Positions 59,241 to 64,000 of a DNA stretch of 64,000 nucleotides are shown in pieces. Made by a program: the position numbers and the translations under genes. The number at the start of each line of letters is the position of its first letter. The first letter of the stretch is position 1. The notes under the pieces were generated by a model. It saw nothing but the letters and a program-made list of their open reading frames with translations. It was not told the DNA's origin and made no database searches. Source of the DNA: Azolla caroliniana (Eukaryota; Plantae; Polypodiophyta); the NCBI GenBank assembly GCA_043228905.1, contig JBHGNT010000002.1, positions 11,904,001-11,968,000 on the forward strand, in the 5' to 3' direction.

Positions 59241-62200
59241 TTTCTCCCGAAAATGTCAAATTCGCATCTTCAAGCCTTTGGATCACCTTCTCGCAATCTT
59301 TCATATGATCCACGACGAACTTTCTACATCCATCCTTATCTTTTGATTCATCCTTCTCTTCATCCGAACATCCTTTTATCGGGATATCATTTAAGAATGG
59401 CATCGTGATATCTGGGATGCAATCCTTCAAGACCTTGTTCATGGCGTTCATTATATGAGCCATCGAGTTCGTCGCACCTCGAGGTAAGGTACACATCCGC
59501 ACCAACCCGATAGGAGTTCTCATGGTTGTAATGTCACGATTGAAGACCACCAACTAGAAAACCGATTCCAACATTTTAAATTGTCACCTTGTTGACAGGT
59601 TGAAGGTCTTGAATGAATCACAATGATCCATTCTTCTTTGGCACCGTGAACTATCTATTAGAATAAGGAGCGTTCGACGGTTCAAAAATTCCCATCCTCA
59701 CCTTCTCCTTTAAGAGCTCGATCAGCTTCGGTAGGTGTGCTCTCGGAACCGGTATCGGTTTCAAATTCCAAGGCACATGCGGCACCGTGAAGATCACCAT
59801 CGGTTCTACCATCCTTGGATTAGTACATCCGATTTCTTGTGAGAAAAATGAGAAAGCCTTCCCATGTCTTTCAAGCATTTCGTGGAACATTTGCTCCTCT
59901 TTGGGAAGGAGGAAATCCTCCCGTCCAACTCGTAGCTTTCCCTTCGTCTCTTCAGTGAAGACGTGACCAATTGTATTTGGGTTCCTTAAGCTTGGATCTT
60001 TTGCAGCTTCCTTCATCTTTTGCCAGCTATCTTCCGGTAGCGGAACTACAATTGGGGCGATCTTCCTATCCACGGTTTTATATTTTGTGTTGACTTCGGC
60101 TTCCTCTATCAAGATGCCTCGATGATATTCATCGATGATAATATACATGTTGACGGAGTTAATCGAAATCACATGTTGATGGTGAGGATAGCTCAAGTTC
60201 ATGACTTCCTCGATTTCGCCGATGGTGTCGTTAAATGAGGCTTCCTCCAGAATATGAGAGACAAATTCTTCTTCTTCGATTATGCATTCTTCTTTCAGAA
60301 CTTTCTCGAAGTCTTGTATTCAATGCTTGTCCTTCTTGTTGAGTAGTGCTAGTTTGCATGCGCCACTAGGCGTGATGCATGTTGCTTCTCCTTGCAATCC
60401 ATACGCTCTGCTTCTTTGTGGGGACTTATGATTGACCGGACTATTTGTGCCCCATGCTTCAATAGTCCACTTTAAAAATCCGAGGATTTGCTTCCAAGGC
60501 TATCTCGATTCCTTTCATGATTAGCTCGCACCGTCTGGAATTGAACAGATCTTTTACTATCAAGACTCTTGACGCGCGCGAAGGCTGCTCCGTTATCGAA
60601 CACCTTGGTCTCCATCCGGGACGATGTTATATACGGTTGTCCTAGGATGACAGGATGCGAAGCCGAGTCTTGCACGAAGAAGTGTTGATCAATCTCCACA
60701 TCCGATTGTGACTTTAACGTTGGGGCAAGCTCCGTATAGGTCCTCCGTAGCCATCGTCGCCGCTCGAATCTTCCATCCGTGGTTTGTATTAATTGGCCAT
60801 CTTCCTTTCTTGTAGAACTCGGTTGACATGAGGTTGATCTCCGAGCCATGGTCAATCAAGGCTACCACAGTTTCTTTCTTCTCCTTGATCTTCACCGGCG
60901 TCTCCGTTGTCGCTTTTGCCCAATGAGGTCGAGACTAATGGCTATCCACCATCACTTCTTCTTCTTCCACCTCTTCTGATCCTGCCATGGTTATGGCACT
61001 TGTTTTCACCTCCTCTTCATCTGATTGTTTCCGCTTCCTTTTAATAAGGTCCACGATAGTATCATGGAACTCCTTCTTTGCGATCCCAAGCGGTTCTCTC
61101 CAAGTAAGGTCGACATGACTGTCTAAAACCTTCTCCTCAAGGACCTTCCGCAAGTCAGTCATTTGTTCTATGTCCGATCTTAACTTGTAAGTCAGTGCCG
61201 CTCGTTCTTTTCCTTTCTTCGTTGATTCTTTGACTTCCATCCGAGCAGGTTGGCTCGATCCACCGGGCTTCATGCTTGTTTCTCCAACCTCTTTTCTTGG
61301 GATAGGTTGGGGTTGCCCTTCTTTCCCTCCGTTCCTCGTGTTGGGACGCTTTGATGTGCCATCTTCTTCACCGGTTCTTTTCTTCTTTTCTTCGACAAGG
61401 GCTTCATAGGTGTCACACACAACCTCTGCAAAGCTTGTGTTTTCGTCGATTGGATCTGACCATCCGATAACTTGTCGCACGTTCCGGTCAGCAAGTTTTA
61501 GATCCTCCGAATTGATTTTTCCTTTTTCTTTGCACTCGAAGACCGTCGTCCAAAACCCAGCATTTGGCTTGATCATTTTAAGATTCTCCTTTCCAACTCG
61601 TGTCCCGGCCGAAGCGGCATAGTGCATAGCTTCCACATGCCTTGCATTTTCCTCTTCTACAATCTTTTTTCAGCCCACCTCTTCCGAAGTTCACTCGTAG
61701 TGGCTTCCGTCCAGTCCGCTACCAAGCCATTTGGTTGTGTTTCATCCTCCAAAAAACCACCCAATTCTCGCCGGTCTTTTGTATCCACCGCCTTCAGGAA
61801 TAGCAAGACTTTATCTCCATCGAGAACTTGTTGATCAACACTCGGAAGTCGGTTGTACATTTGGTCGAATTCTGCATAAACTCCCGATGCACATAGATTC
61901 TTTCCTTTCTTCTTGATCCAACTCATTAGTGTATGTTGAGTCATCCGTGATGCGTCTTCAAGAATGTATTCAGCAAGAAGCACCTTTTCGAACTCTGCCC
62001 AAGTTGTATGCTTGTTTTGGATCTCCATGACGTGCTCGCGGATCCCTGGTTCCACCACACGTTTGAAGCTAGAAATTTGTTTGAGATCATTGACATCCCT
62101 TTGTTGCATCTCGTTCCGATAGGTAGCAAGAAAATCCGTGATGTTCTTGCCACCAAATCGTCCAGCTATCTCAACCGTACGATCAACAACTTTGTTGATT

Positions 62201-62299
62201 AAAGCTTCTCGATCTCTCACCTTCAGCATGTATTTCACTACGGGTTCCGCTTCTGGAAGCCATTGTTGCACTTGATATCCTCCCTACCGCCTCTTTCAC

Positions 62300-63848
62300 G
62301 TTAACCGGAAGACAAATCGGGAGCAACCGATTCAGACAAGAGTTGGAATGAATCGGAGACAACCGATTCGGTTCAACAGATGGATTTGGAAGAACCGGAT
62401 CATTTCAAGGCCAAGAGGACGAGAAGGCAGAGGAAGTTGACGCCAACATGAAGGAATCGACGAATCGGCAAGCGCCAAAGTCACAGCAGCGAGGGAGCTG
62501 AATTGGGCCTGTTGAGCAGACAAGCCGACCGAGGAGGTCGAGGTGGGAGGAATAGAAGGGTCGCGGCAAATGGGACCGGATCGGACGAGGAGCGCGAGCG
62601 AGACGGAGTGACGCCAGAAGGAGCTAGGTGGAAGGACCGGCTACCATGGAGACTGACACTACGATCCGACCTCAAGTTGAGCTTGAGGGGGAGTGTTGAG
62701 CGGCAAGCTCAACTGGATCCGAATCGGCTGAATAAGCCTGAGCCGGATTGGCATCCGGAAGGATGAGCCGGATCGGTGACCCGGTGAGCAAGTGAGCCGG
62801 TTAGCTGGATTTATCAGTAATCGGAAGCCTAGTAGCAGCTAGAGTACTAGGGTGTTAAAAGTCTCGTAGTCAGTGCCAGACGCTCGAGTGAGCATTGAAG
62901 TACGTGGTACTTTTGTCAGTCCTCTCAGGACTTGTATAAATAGTGTTGTTGAGCACGTTGTATGTGCAGAGTGTTGATATAATTTTTGAATTTAGATTCT
63001 TGTTCTGCTCTCTCTGTCTCTCCCGAGTATTCTCTGTATTCTGTGTATTACTCTCTCTCTCTCTCTCTGCTGCTACGTAGCCAAGTGAAAGGACTACACG
63101 CTCCGCAAACAACGCTCGGCCACAACCGAGTCTAGTATCAAACACAAAAAAACAAATAATGTACGCACAACACAGTAAAGAGAAGAGTACACAGGATGTT
63201 TACGTGGAAAACCCAAACACGGGAAAAACCACAGCAGTCCACAAACTGCAAACTATCACTATGTTACAATATACAATAGATGAACACAGAGGCAACAACC
63301 TCTTGTTCACTGTCTTCGCCACAGGCGGCGGTTACAATAGAGACAACGTCCTCTTTGTCTCTCACTCACACACACTCTCTCTCTCTCTGTACACGGTTGC
63401 ACTCAAATCTTGCACCAACAAGAATGACAACTACACTACACTAAGTTTGCCCTAAGTCATATTTATACTAATATGACTTTTTGGCTATTTACAAATATAG
63501 CCCCAATGGACTCTCAGAAGCATATTTACGAATATGTCCCTTCATCCGGTGAGCACTCCTCACTAGGCCTGCATCATCCGGCTCTTGACGGGCACTCGTC
63601 ATCCGGTTCTCATCGGGCCTTCACCATCCGGCTCTTGCCGGGTACTCGTCATCCGGTTCTCACCGGGCCTTCCTTGCCAGGTACTCGTCATCCGGTTCTC
63701 ACCGGGTCTTCCGTTGCCGGGTACTCCACATCCAGATTCGGCCTCGGCCGAGTTACTCATCAACTTTGTTCTTCTCACTTCCCATCCGGAGGGACCTGTT
63801 TCCTAACACCAAGCTATTGTCTTATGCTTCCGCACATACGCTTCCACA
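62300..63848 (+). mobile_element. 3' end of a D-like Copia: 3' region, PPT and 3' LTR (62694-63848, interrupted)
   Basis: GAGCTTGAGGGGGAG|TGTTGAG. The LTR end ATGCTTCCGCACA...CA resembles that of element D. Confidence 0.78.
63086..63808 (-). mobile_element. Solo LTR related to Copia B/C LTRs, nested in another LTR
   Basis: TG..CA termini and TSD CCAAG on both sides. It shares GGTCCCTCCGGATGGGA, AAATATGACTTAGGGCAAAC and CCGCCGCCTGTGGCGA with B/C. Confidence 0.92.
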
Positions 63849-64000
63849 GTAATATTGTAACACATGTAAACGGTGCACGCGGGAAGTGTGAACGGCTAAA
63901 AGACCCCGCGTATATAAAGGGCAGAAAACCTCTGATAAAGGTAGCATGTAATTTTGAATGTAAGAGACGTAGCTTAATAGAGTTCTATCTTCTCTGATAT

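Larger units (their letters stand above)
55005..62280 (-). mobile_element. Decayed second member of the element-A Gypsy lineage; 3' LTR about 55005-56256, 5' end lost
   Basis: Protein collinear with element A (IAGRFGGKN, LIDHGSEINLM, VPHVPWNLKPIPVPRAH, RRFLGACAFYHIWIPHY, NGKVERGH). PPT GGTGGGGGCGAA followed by TGTCGTG is the same as in A. Confidence 0.93.

Overview
Eukaryotic land-plant genomic DNA, probably from a non-seed plant such as a fern. That assignment is inferred from a Tcn1-type chromovirus and the mix of retroelement lineages. Roughly 85% of the window is nested transposons around a small island with two intronless host genes in convergent orientation: a BES1/BZR1-family transcription factor (36192-37613, +) and a PORR-domain organellar RNA-binding protein (39432-40652, -). 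Left block (1-31165): a minus-strand Athila/Tat-like Ty3/Gypsy element with an extra ORF after integrase is interrupted by three younger elements, namely a tRNA-Trp-primed Gypsy with a 4-bp TSD and two Tnt1-like Copia elements with open polyproteins. A self-priming chromovirus follows. Right block (40900-64000): a decayed MULE/SWIM transposase, several degraded Copia elements, solo LTRs, and a second diverged copy of the Trp-primed Gypsy lineage with a 4x 336-bp internal amplification. The most notable unannotated signals are (1) a covarying slippery-site plus pseudoknot -1 frameshift cassette placed after the protease in the atypical Gypsy lineage, (2) a hidden accessory ORF of more than 330 aa, (3) a tRNA-independent self-priming structure, and (4) a G-box cluster upstream of the BZR gene. 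All coordinates and counts were read by eye, and no database search was run.
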